A stretch of 59,663 nt of DNA, the filler included, from Dimargaris cristalligena (taxonomy: Eukaryota), in NCBI GenBank assembly GCA_003614675.1. It is 2 parts of 2 records of this genome, joined end to end, with 100 filler letters (N's around TTAATTAATTAA, not from the genome) between each part and the next. Parts side by side here need not be neighbours in the genome. Positions count along the whole stretch, not along the records: positions 29,901 to 59,663 come from ML002473.1; 1 more part is not named here. One strand, given 5' to 3'. Under the pieces are notes generated by a model. That model had not been told where the DNA came from. It made no database searches and worked only from the letters and a program-made list of their open reading frames with translations. This document shows, one piece after another, positions 36,863 to 46,979 of this stretch. Both the position numbers and the translations under genes were made by a program. Position 1 is the first letter of the stretch, and each line of letters opens with the position of its first letter.

Positions 36863-39265
36863 TCACGAGCACCCAAGGTGGTAAGGCACAGTACTAAGGC
36901 CTTCTGGCCCCGTTAGCCGAAGAATAGGGGGATACAGAAACATATCCTCCTCGTTCATCCGTAGGATACACTGGCAGCCATGACAGGGTTCGACAAACAG
37001 ACCCAGGTAGGCAGGTAACCAACCCATAAACTCCGCTAGGGCGTCTCCGTGGCCAACCACGGCTAAGGTGCTAAAATGTACCATAAAGAGTCGGCTGAGT
37101 CGTTTGAAAACGGCGTATTCGGAAGTAAAACTTGGTGTAATCTATCCAAAAAAAAAACGAAAGAAACAATAATACAAGATAAGATAAGATAAATGGTTGG
37201 GTACGTTAGTATACAAATCGGTTGGCAGGTTTGGGCGACTGTGAAGGTAGTGGCTACCTTCGATAAATTCATGGCAGCTATTCAGACAACCTCCAAACAG
37301 TGGGTTAGGTATAGGTTATCATCGGCTACGGGCATCTTCGCGCGGTACTTACCAGCTCCGACGATCCCAGGACGTGGATGTCTTGTAGGCGAAACGGGAG
37401 ACCCGCTTTATCCTCGGGGGCCAAGGAATACGTGACCAATATATGCACGTGAAATACCTGGCCAACCTCGATTTTGAATTCGAGTTGCTGGAAGAATTCG
37501 GTCAGCGGAGTGGCCGTTAAAGTAACGCCGGCAGGTAACCGCTGGCGCTGGTTCTCCAGCCACTTTCCTAGCTGGGCGGTGACCAATTGACTATATCAAG
37601 GATGGAAAAAACAATACCGAATAATACATATATATATACAGATCAATACAAGGGAATTCGAACCCTAAGTATATCAGACCTCCGGCCTCACTAAAAAAAA
37701 AACTCCAGTTGCGTCGTGCTATAAAGTATTCGCCCGGCTGCCGACTTAATCATGCATCACAGAAGGTATTTTCGTCTATAAGAACTTACATGGTATCAGC
37801 TGGACTAGCCAACACCGGAAACGGCGGAGGCTGTTGAAGATTTGCCAATAGAGCAGGCGCGGCACTGGGTTTAGACACAGGAGGGCCATCGTAGACAGAT
37901 GAAATACCATGTTAGTGGATAGGGGGATATGGGGCAGTTTGGAATGGGCGGTGCTTATCGCTCGGATAATTCCGCATCGACTGTAGTAGCCCGTCAGTAG
38001 GAAGGGTGGATACGTATGTGCTTATAGGTCTGATTTCTCCAAGGAGAGCATAGAATCAGTCAATCTAGATAGCGGAGGAAACATATAACAATAGCTTACA
38101 AGGTAATTTCGCCTTTTGGTTTCTCAACAGATGGCACTTGGTCTTTAGAACCAGCCCTGTAGGGCCCCGAATCCCCGATAAATAATACAACCAACGAATA
38201 TAGTAGAAACAGAGTTCATAATTTATATAATTCGAGATGGGCAATACAGTAGGTCTCTCAATGTAGATGCCTGGGCCTGACCCCATTGGGTGGTGGCTAA
38301 GTAATAATTTAAAATTTTATAACTATAACAGTTCACTTACCCGGTCGATTTTGGCGATAAAACAGCGACTAACGGACCATTGGGTAAATCTGGTCGATTT
38401 TTTAACAAATCAATGTATTAATGCCCAAAAAAATAGTACCTGATCATAAGTATTTGGATCGATTGGGTGTAAAAACCACCTGCCTACGACACCATTGCGT
38501 GCGACTGAGTTCTCCATTACCAAGATAAGAACAGCTAGGCTAGAGATGTACCTTTAAATTGCTGACACGCGATAGTGTAGTTATCTAGTTCGGTAAATGC
38601 GGATTTAACATGTTCTCCCATCGACTCGATACCTGGCAATGTATATTTCCGTAATGAAAATGAGTCACCCGATATAAATATAGAGCAATTATGGAATAGG
38701 CGTTAGTTTTTCATGATCGAATATCAATACAGCGTTAACACAGATTACGTGAAATAACAGGAATATATATCTTTACGTGTATAATAAAGAATTTGGAGCT
38801 TAATAGTAGTCTATGGTGGGTGGTTATAAATTCCCTATAACAATGGACAAACATACCTTGGGTTCGGAGTGCCGGGGCCTTTTTGTAAACGTCCTTCACG
38901 GCTGCCTGGGTCCGGATAAGCTAATCATTGGGAAAGAGAAGAGGTGGGGAGGGAGTGCAGGTAACGGTACAGGTAGGTGAAAATAAGGCCATACAAGTAA
39001 ATGGAAAGCAGCTCCCTATCTAACTAATGGTCTTTTTTTTTTAGCTACGCGGTGGGAGGAGGAGGAGGAGGAGGAAGAGTATAATTAAACGAAATGGGAG
39101 AGCGAGGGGGAGTTGGAGTTTGGGTTTGAGTCTGCGCATGCGCATGCTTACCAGTTTCATGAGATGGTCAATGGCCTCGCATTCCATTTCCGGTGGTATA
39201 ACCTTTCCCGGCAAGCCGCCAGTATTGGTGGCCGTGGCAGGGGGTGCTGGTGGACCAGATGCCAT
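36863..39265 (-). CDS. MED27: Mediator subunit 27-like; exons 39265-39152, 38920-38857, 38389-38341, 37864-37790, 37590-37353, 37141-36863 (~272 aa)
   Basis: C-terminal SEYAVFKRL...FMGWLPAYLGLFVEPCHGC...YPPILR...YHLGC matches the Med27 Zn-binding tail. Five GT-AG introns are phase-consistent; the N-terminal exons are less certain. Confidence 0.78.
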
Positions 39266-40609
39266 GTTAGACTCAGACCAATGAAAAAGGAAAGCGCGTG
39301 GAATCGGGGGGAAAGGCAACAATGAACGAACGAACGAATAAATGAGTGGCTAAATGTGGAAGGAATGAGGGCGACTTTAGTAGAAACTATGAGTTACAAA
39401 GATGGGTCTGGGATTTATAATAACGCAAATGGAAATGGAAAGGGTAATAAAAGGCAATGTACCAGTTCAAAAGCCCAAAAATCGGCTTTGTAGTTAGTGC
39501 ACCGTAAACAGCTTAGCTCGACAAATTGTGGGGTATATTATTAAAAACTGAAAACAGCTCCACCCATGAAAAGTTAGAATCATTCAGAGCGTAACTCCTT
39601 ATTAATTAAAATCCTTGTAAAACTGATCAAATATGCCAAAAAGTCGCATTTTCAATCTTCCATATTACATTAAAAGCCCACCCACCCTTCACAACCATCA
39701 CTAATAAACTGGTGTAATTACAATCACAATTGCAAACAATATGCTATCTAACAACTTGCATACCAGGAACTCTGGATATAAATACTATTACTATGATTAA
39801 TTTATCGGAAAGACATTCATGAAGGTACAATACTAAAAATGGGGGAGACATATAAAACTAATAGGTGCGTGGCAAGGTAAAGAAACAGAGGGGATTGGGG
39901 AGCGAAAGAGGTAGGGAATATAAATAAAGTATTACTGACATTAGTAGTAGTAAAAAAATAAAAGGGGAGGGTAAAGACATTATAGGTGGGGGTGAAATAA
40001 AGGGGAGGGGGGGGGCAATGGACAGGCGTGATAAACATACAAAATTGCATGAAATCGTCAAAGGAAATTGAAAAGAATTAATGCGAGATAAAACCAACCA
40101 GAGAAAAATACGAAACGAATTAATGCCGCAAAGGGGGGGAAATAAGTAATAGTATAAAGTTATGAAATAATACTAAAGTCAACTTTTTCTTTCTTTAAAA
40201 AAAAATAGATGACCGAACAAATCCAAGGGTGCGACCGACTCTAAGACAGTGTGATAACTTAAAAAGGAGAAGAGAGGGGGAGGGGGTGGTGTGATATGCA
40301 AAAGACAGGGGAGATGAACATGTCGATACACATGGTTTTAGAGAATAAAATGAGCAATACACACGCATAATCTGCCAATAGGAGGGGCATTACTATCCGA
40401 CTAGATAGAGGCCTACATGATGTGGATAATGGAATAACCGTGCCACTAGTGCTATAAATAAACGAATCGAATTGTAAAAGAGATACAGTGGTGGCGAGGA
40501 GGGATGATTACGGGGGAGATGAATGGACATATCAAAAGACCGAGGCAAGTCAAGGGAAGGGAAGGGAAGGTCCCATTAGCACGTAAAGAGAGTATATCCA
40601 ATTACGAGA

Positions 40610-43600
40610 CTAAATGTACCGCCAAGCTTCACTACTCTCCGGTGGTTGCTCGGACACGTAGCTGGCCGGGAACACTCCTTGCAGTACCGCCTGGCCTTCA
40701 CCTCGATCAATCAGGCCCATCCACCAAATATCGTCACTGTTGTCAATCACAAAGATGCGCTCGCCCGCCCGGAATTCCAGCTCACCGTGTTCACGGGCGT
40801 TGAAGGGGAACTTGGCGTAGTACACGGGGTGATCTTTGAGGGAATCGCGGATCGTGGACGACCGCTCGGGGGCGGCGTTCACCAATTTGGACGTTTCCGC
40901 CGAGTCGCGGGCCGCTTTGCGGGAGTTTTCGGTGTGGTCGGGCACCATGGGGGCACCGGCAAGCTGACCCTCCTTCCCGCCGGGGCTGCTGCCATCACCA
41001 CCCTTTCCAGCAGGTCCCCATCCGTTCTGGTTGTAAATATCGTCAACCTGTCGAATATGGGCCCCAACCTGGTTTTGCGAAGAGTGGCCGAATGTAGCGC
41101 CCAGACCAGGCACGGGATTACCGTCAATTATGCCGGGCGACATTAGAATCTGCTGGTCCAGAGGTAGCGTGGGCGAGTCCAATTGGTACGAGTTACCCTT
41201 AAGCCTGCCATTGTCAGCAGTCATACTATTGGCATCCGACTCCAGTGACAACATGGTAGTGTAGTCTCCGCCCGTATTACCTGGCTTACTTGGTGAGTTG
41301 CTCAGACCCGCCATTGCAGCTGCGGCGGCGGCCGCCGCCCCCGTACCGTCGTGGGATATAGGACTGGGCGAGCGGCCATACAGATTATCATTAAGACTAG
41401 TCATCTCGATGTGGCCACGTCCCTGGTTGAACAATTCACCATCATCGAAATTAGATAGATGGTGGGGGGAAGGAGGTGACTCGACCATATGGTTGGGGTG
41501 GTTCCTAATCGGCAGAGGGGCGAGGCCAATTTGTGCTCCGGGCGCAGATGTCGAGGGGCCAGTTGCGTTCTGGTAGTTGTGCTGATCAACCATGTCATTG
41601 ATTTCATCGACATCGAATCCGTTCAACACCGATCCAATGGACAAGGGCCGCTTATCAACACTCTTGCCGCTCATTTTACCCAGGGCGCCTGCAGTGGCAG
41701 CACCAGCTGCAATACCCTCACCTCGCGAAATCTGCAAGTCTTCCATATCGGTCATGTTCGGGTCACTACTGTAGTAATGGTGGTAGGGAGATGTAGACAG
41801 CCGGTTGTTATTGCTGTTCAACGTGGCAGCAGTGGACTTAGGAGGTTGGTTAGCTTCGGCACTGGGCTGGAACGGCTGGTTCATAAACACAGCTCCGGCA
41901 TCATTGTCATTTAGACCACGCACTCCGAGTCCAGCGACGGCCCCGGCAGCTAAAGTCGGGTCAGCCATAGACGGGTCATTCGTATTCCATGGCTCGAACT
42001 TCGCTGCTTGGTTATTGAAGTCAAAGTCGGTGCCGGAATCACCCTGGGCAGGGACCGAAGCAGAGGCAGCCGTGGCTGAGATGACGGCCGCTGTACGCCG
42101 CTTGTTGCGCCAGTAAATGTAGGCCAGGCCGACGAGCACAATCAGGAACACGAGAGCCAAGGAAATAGCAATGGAGATGATGATCACCAAGGCGGTCGAT
42201 AGATAGTGGCGACTCTGAACAATGTTGTCCGGCAAGGGGTAGAATACACTACCAACCGACCCAGTCGTACCGTCTTCATTGATGGCCCGCAATAGAGGGA
42301 ACCACGATTTGTCATTAATATTGTACAAAGCGGTGCTCACTTGACCGAATTGAGACCAGGACAGCACACCCGATACCATTAAGCCGTATTGTATGGCTGT
42401 CTCGGTATCATCAGTGGCCCGGCGAGCCTTACTAGGGACGGGGACCTGGTCCCGCTTCTGCAAACCAGCACTACTGGGGGAGGGAGACGGGGACTGCGTG
42501 GATGAGGTAGCCGTTGAGCTAATACTGGTGGTGGTGGCTTTGGACGCTTTGGCGGGATCCGTTACATTAAGAGGCACCAGGGAAATATCCTGGATCAGAC
42601 TGCCCTGCAGGTCGATGGCCGTAGTTAGCGGGGCAAAACTGGACCCATTCCAGTACCACAGGTAGGACTGAGTGGAATCGCCCACGGTACCTGATAAGTA
42701 AAATTGAAGCGACGAAACCATATTTTGGGCCGTCGAACTACCAGTATCGGCCCCCGTGTTCTTGGTATCGCTGCTCTTACTGCTGCTGCTACTAGACGAG
42801 GAGCTTAAATCAGTGGCGGACTTACCATTATCGATAACCGCAATAGAGAGGATGGGGCCCGGAAGAGTACTGGTGGAAGGGAAAGCAATCCACGTACCGA
42901 ATTCAGTGCCGTAGAGAGCCAGGCTGTGGGCCTGTTGACCAATGGTGAAGTTGCCTCCGGCCATGATCCACTTCTGGCCACCAACCACCGAGAGTGAGGT
43001 GACGACACCAGGAAGCCCAGTGCCCAGATTCTGCCATTGATTGGCCTGGTAGTTGAATAGGCAAACACTATCGCACTGGAGAGAACCGGCCCGGGAAAAG
43101 CGGCCACCCACGACTACGGTTTGGGTGTTGGGGAGGGAAACGATCTGCTTAACGAACACGGAACTATTGGTTTGCAGGACATTATTGAGGTAGTCATTGG
43201 TCAGAAGGCCGGACCCACCATCGCTTTGCCCACTGAGGTGCGAAATAGACAGCACGTATTCCTCCGTCTGGAAATTCCACACGGTAAACCCGTTGAAGCC
43301 CTGGTTATCGCCCTCGAGGGGGATACCGCCGATAAAGAGTTTCGAATCCGCCAGGGCCAGGGAGTGAATCTCACCATTGATACCTTGGCCAAGCGGGGAG
43401 AGGGAATCGGAGCTGACGAGGGCAATATTCCGAATATCATCGGTGGGCCCACGGAATCGGCCGGCAATGACCAATTCGGGGGCCTGACCATCTTCGTTGG
43501 ATGATGGAGAGAAGTAGATGCCCGTATGAACCGCAGCACCATTGTGGGAGAAGGATGAAACGGTACCACCAGTAGTATCACTGGACAGGAGGGAATCGCT

Positions 43601-46048
43601 GATAACCGGGCTCAGGTCGTAAGTACCGGACATGCCGATAATGCCGGGCACGCGGGATGAAGCGGCGGCGGTGAAAGGCCCCGCAAAGATGAGTGGGGTG
43701 GCACTATTGTTAGACTGGCTCAATTGGCTCAGCTCACTGTCGGTGAAGACTTGCTGGCCGTTCATGGACTGGATACCGCCGTTAAGGAAGGGGGTACCGG
43801 TCCAGGACTGATCTTTAATGTCCCAGGCAGCGAGTCCGCGGACTTTAAGGTCGGTTTGGGTGTGGTTGCCATCTTTGTAGGCGGTCGTAAATGCACCCCC
43901 AAGATATACGATGGGGGCCTGGTTGTGATAGGCCAAAGTTACATACTCTACGGCCCCGTTGAGACCACCACCAACGGCTGAGAACTTGTTATCGCGGAGG
44001 GACATAACGGCAATCCTATTGAGCTTGTTGTCGGTGGACTGTGAGTGGGTACCAGTGAATCGACCACCAATATAAACATCGTTAGATCCGACGAGGACCA
44101 TTTGGGTGACCTCGTCGTTGAGACCGGCACCGCCGGGGGACACCAACTTGCCATTTTCGTGCTTGACCAGGTTGAAAGCCCCTGACGTCTTATCGGCGAA
44201 ATAACCTCCGATGAGCAGATTGTTGTCATCGTAAGGTAGTAGGGAGCGCACTACGGCTCCTTCGCTTAGAGGGGTCTGGAGTGAATCGTAGGCTAAGGAT
44301 TCCCACTGGAGGGTTTCGTAAGTGTTGCCTTGAGGGGTAAGGGAAATGATACCACCCAGGTCTTCCATGGACGGCACTTTAGTAATTATCAGGGCCGAAA
44401 CAACCAGATTGACCGACGAGGTGCCTGATTGGAAGACGGGCTTACTGGAGAGGGTGAGTTTAACGGTGGGCATAAAGGTGTCGTTCCGGGCGGCTACAAA
44501 GCCCGTGTAGAAAAGGACGTCAGTGTCGGTAAGCGAGTCTTGGCCGATGGTCGACTTATCCGACTGGCCGGGGTACAAGGCCATGGACAGATCTACGGAT
44601 GTGCGAGTAGCGCAGTCGTTATTGTACTGGCAACCAGGGATCCGGAGCGAGACTTTATAGTAGCCGGACTCGGTAACGTCGGGGCTGTACTCAACGGTGT
44701 TGGTGGTAGTGTCCAACTTAGCGGTGCTAATTGCGGCCTGCAGATAAGTGTGCTGAGTGAGGGGAACCGTGACCTGAGTCCAACCCCCGGTGAGGTGGGT
44801 GGTCGAGTCGTAGTTAACGCTGTTACAGGCATTGTTGACCCGGTCGATGGGGGAGGCCGTGATATCCCGTTGATAGATTTCGACGGCCTGGAGACCAGCC
44901 CCCTGACCGTACCAGGCCTCGATGTTAATGCGTACACCCGTGGTGTTCACGTCGTCATCTACGACAAACTCTTGCCAGTTGGATGAATCGAGGGCCAGCG
45001 GGCAGGATTCGGTACACTTGATGCGTTTGTTAGTGTTAGGGTCGATGTAAGAGAGGGCAATGGCAACATACTGGGGGGCCGACTCCAAACGGAAAGTTTG
45101 GGTGCCCCGACCGTTCCAGTTGGTGTTCTTAATACGGAGCAAGGCCGGTCGGATGGACCGAGTAAAGTCGACCCGCCAAAAGCCAGGCATGAGATCCCGC
45201 AGAAGCCATGGATTCCGAGCCCGGTTCGCATTAACGGTACAAATGGCATTTAAGGGGCTGGAGTAGTTGGCCGAGGAATTATCGTTACCACTGGTAACGG
45301 TCGCCGCACCGAGGTTGACGGGCTGGGACCCCAGTGGAAGGGATGATTCATCGTCAGCGGTCTGGGTGAAGTTACCACCAAAGTAGATGGTTTTTCCGCT
45401 GGGCGAGGCAGCAATGGTGTTCACATAACCATCCAGGCCCTTGAATGGAGCCGGGAGCCAGGTTCCACTACCCCATATTATAGAGTTAGGGCCGAATCCC
45501 CGGGTGGGCGGTGAGTTGGTATCGGTGCTTTTGCGCAGAGGCCCTGTGAAAAAACCGCCTACGTAAACCAGCTCACGGGCGTTGTCGCAGTAGAGACTCA
45601 GGACTGAGCCGTCAAGGCCTCGGCCGAGAGCAACGGCCTGCTTCCGAGTAAGATCGTAGGCGATGATGCTCTGGCTCGCCACACCGGCGAAGGTGGTAAA
45701 ATTACCCCCAATGAAAACCAATGACTGCTTGGCATTATGAATTTGGCAGGTGGCCATTATTTGGTCGCCTTTGGACGCGGAACCGAGAATATCGAGACTG
45801 GTTCCATTGACGAAAATGGCGGATGACGCCTGGCTACTCAGTAGGGGTTGGTTAGTGGTGCTCGAAACACTGGATAGCCGGGATATGCCGCTGAATTGGC
45901 CGGTAATGGCCAGTTGACCTGTTGCTGAAGTATCAATGGGGGGAATAGCTGAGGCGGAGGTGTCGTTCCCAGCGGCCACGGTATAAAAGGCGGGGTGGCT
46001 AGCGGCCAACAGCGCGGCCGCCGTTAGCCTTAGGATAAAGTGTATCAT
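40610..46048 (-). CDS. RAX2: Rax2-like cell-polarity type I membrane protein with C-terminal SH3 domain (1812 aa)
   Basis: Signal peptide; repeated beta-propeller-like units (YVGGFF, YFGGNF, YIGGRF); PGCQYNNDCATRT; AGSLQCDSVC; TM LVIIISIAISLALVFLIVLVGLAYIYW; SH3 YAKFPFNAREHGELEF..WW..GVFPASYV. Confidence 0.88.
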   Translation of the reverse strand: MIHFILRLTAAALLAASHPAFYTVAAGNDTSASAIPPIDTSATGQLAITGQFSGISRLSSVSSTTNQPLLSSQASSAIFVNGTSLDILGSASKGDQIMATCQIHNAKQSLVFIGGNFTTFAGVASQSIIAYDLTRKQAVALGRGLDGSVLSLYCDNARELVYVGGFFTGPLRKSTDTNSPPTRGFGPNSIIWGSGTWLPAPFKGLDGYVNTIAASPSGKTIYFGGNFTQTADDESSLPLGSQPVNLGAATVTSGNDNSSANYSSPLNAICTVNANRARNPWLLRDLMPGFWRVDFTRSIRPALLRIKNTNWNGRGTQTFRLESAPQYVAIALSYIDPNTNKRIKCTESCPLALDSSNWQEFVVDDDVNTTGVRINIEAWYGQGAGLQAVEIYQRDITASPIDRVNNACNSVNYDSTTHLTGGWTQVTVPLTQHTYLQAAISTAKLDTTTNTVEYSPDVTESGYYKVSLRIPGCQYNNDCATRTSVDLSMALYPGQSDKSTIGQDSLTDTDVLFYTGFVAARNDTFMPTVKLTLSSKPVFQSGTSSVNLVVSALIITKVPSMEDLGGIISLTPQGNTYETLQWESLAYDSLQTPLSEGAVVRSLLPYDDNNLLIGGYFADKTSGAFNLVKHENGKLVSPGGAGLNDEVTQMVLVGSNDVYIGGRFTGTHSQSTDNKLNRIAVMSLRDNKFSAVGGGLNGAVEYVTLAYHNQAPIVYLGGAFTTAYKDGNHTQTDLKVRGLAAWDIKDQSWTGTPFLNGGIQSMNGQQVFTDSELSQLSQSNNSATPLIFAGPFTAAASSRVPGIIGMSGTYDLSPVISDSLLSSDTTGGTVSSFSHNGAAVHTGIYFSPSSNEDGQAPELVIAGRFRGPTDDIRNIALVSSDSLSPLGQGINGEIHSLALADSKLFIGGIPLEGDNQGFNGFTVWNFQTEEYVLSISHLSGQSDGGSGLLTNDYLNNVLQTNSSVFVKQIVSLPNTQTVVVGGRFSRAGSLQCDSVCLFNYQANQWQNLGTGLPGVVTSLSVVGGQKWIMAGGNFTIGQQAHSLALYGTEFGTWIAFPSTSTLPGPILSIAVIDNGKSATDLSSSSSSSSSKSSDTKNTGADTGSSTAQNMVSSLQFYLSGTVGDSTQSYLWYWNGSSFAPLTTAIDLQGSLIQDISLVPLNVTDPAKASKATTTSISSTATSSTQSPSPSPSSAGLQKRDQVPVPSKARRATDDTETAIQYGLMVSGVLSWSQFGQVSTALYNINDKSWFPLLRAINEDGTTGSVGSVFYPLPDNIVQSRHYLSTALVIIISIAISLALVFLIVLVGLAYIYWRNKRRTAAVISATAASASVPAQGDSGTDFDFNNQAAKFEPWNTNDPSMADPTLAAGAVAGLGVRGLNDNDAGAVFMNQPFQPSAEANQPPKSTAATLNSNNNRLSTSPYHHYYSSDPNMTDMEDLQISRGEGIAAGAATAGALGKMSGKSVDKRPLSIGSVLNGFDVDEINDMVDQHNYQNATGPSTSAPGAQIGLAPLPIRNHPNHMVESPPSPHHLSNFDDGELFNQGRGHIEMTSLNDNLYGRSPSPISHDGTGAAAAAAAAMAGLSNSPSKPGNTGGDYTTMLSLESDANSMTADNGRLKGNSYQLDSPTLPLDQQILMSPGIIDGNPVPGLGATFGHSSQNQVGAHIRQVDDIYNQNGWGPAGKGGDGSSPGGKEGQLAGAPMVPDHTENSRKAARDSAETSKLVNAAPERSSTIRDSLKDHPVYYAKFPFNAREHGELEFRAGERIFVIDNSDDIWWMGLIDRGEGQAVLQGVFPASYVSEQPPESSEAWRYI

Positions 46049-46385
46049 AAAGAGGTTAAATTATATGGAAATGTTAAAGAGAGGGCCGTCTACAAACAGG
46101 CCCTGGGAGAAGAAGTACGCCACGGGGTATGTAGAATAAGAGTAGACGCCACTTTTGGGGGGATACGGCGGGGTGACAAGAGTAGCCGATGGGGAGAGAG
46201 AGAGAGAGAAAGAAAGAGAGATCTAATTCAGGAACTAAGAATGAAGAGTTGGAATACAAAGTCACGGGGTAGACAAAATAAGAGGGGGTACGGATGTGGG
46301 TAGAATAGAGGAGTAAACGGACGACCAGCGTTACTCGTATCGACGTTCAAAGGGGGGGGAAAGACGTAGATAGCTAGGGGTGAAA

Positions 46386-46389
<4 letters not shown>

Positions 46390-46419
<30 letters not shown>
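46390..46419. repeat. (AG)n microsatellite
   Basis: About 15 uninterrupted AG units upstream of RAX2. Confidence 0.95.
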
Positions 46420-46422
<3 letters not shown>

Positions 46423-46913
46423 TCTAGAGTGGCAAGTACCACCACCACCACCACCAGCGAAGATGAAGAGAGTCAAAGACAGCGACCCAAACGCGAGTGT
46501 AGAGAGTGGGTGGGTGGAACGGAGGGAGGGAGGGTGAAGGGCCGCTGTTATTCGGGATAGGAGCACGAGTGGCTAGGACAGGTCGGGGGACAAATTACCG
46601 AAGGTGGACTCTCAGTCTAGGGCCAATAAACGACGAGCCAAGCACGAGCGGGGCTTGAATACAGTGGAGGAGGGGGAGCTTATCGGCACTCCACTTCCAC
46701 GGGTTTGGGTCGACTAAAGCAGTACAATACACACACGTACGGAACGAACCGGACTAGTGGCTGGTAAAGTGAGTAACTGAGCAGTGGTCAAGAGATTTAA
46801 AGAGAGAGAAAGAGATATATAAGAAGTTGAAAAGGGACTTTGTGAAATAAAAGTAACAGAAGAGAGAATGGGAAGTTCCCAGGGCACACCAACTCAGGCC
46901 TGGGACAACAGAG

Positions 46914-46979
46914 CGTATATGCACTTGTTTGACGAAGTGGACAGCTGAACGTATATGCACTTGCTTGACGAAGTGGGCA
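46914..46979. repeat. 36-bp-period tandem duplication, each unit with a CACTT-N8-AAGTG stem-loop
   Basis: CGTATATGCACTTGTTTGACGAAGTGGACA followed by CGTATATGCACTTGCTTGACGAAGTGGGCA. Confidence 0.9.

Noticed and set aside
37651-37666. tRNA T-arm/B-box-like GGTTCGAATTCC (minus) in a Med27 intron
   Set aside because: No acceptor, D or anticodon stems around it.
31154-46048. Functional cluster of PMT1 with a putative substrate (Rax2)
   Set aside because: Unrelated genes intervene; looks like an ordinary housekeeping neighbourhood.
46914-46979. CRISPR-like repeat
   Set aside because: Only two units, ~6-nt separation, eukaryotic context, no cas genes.
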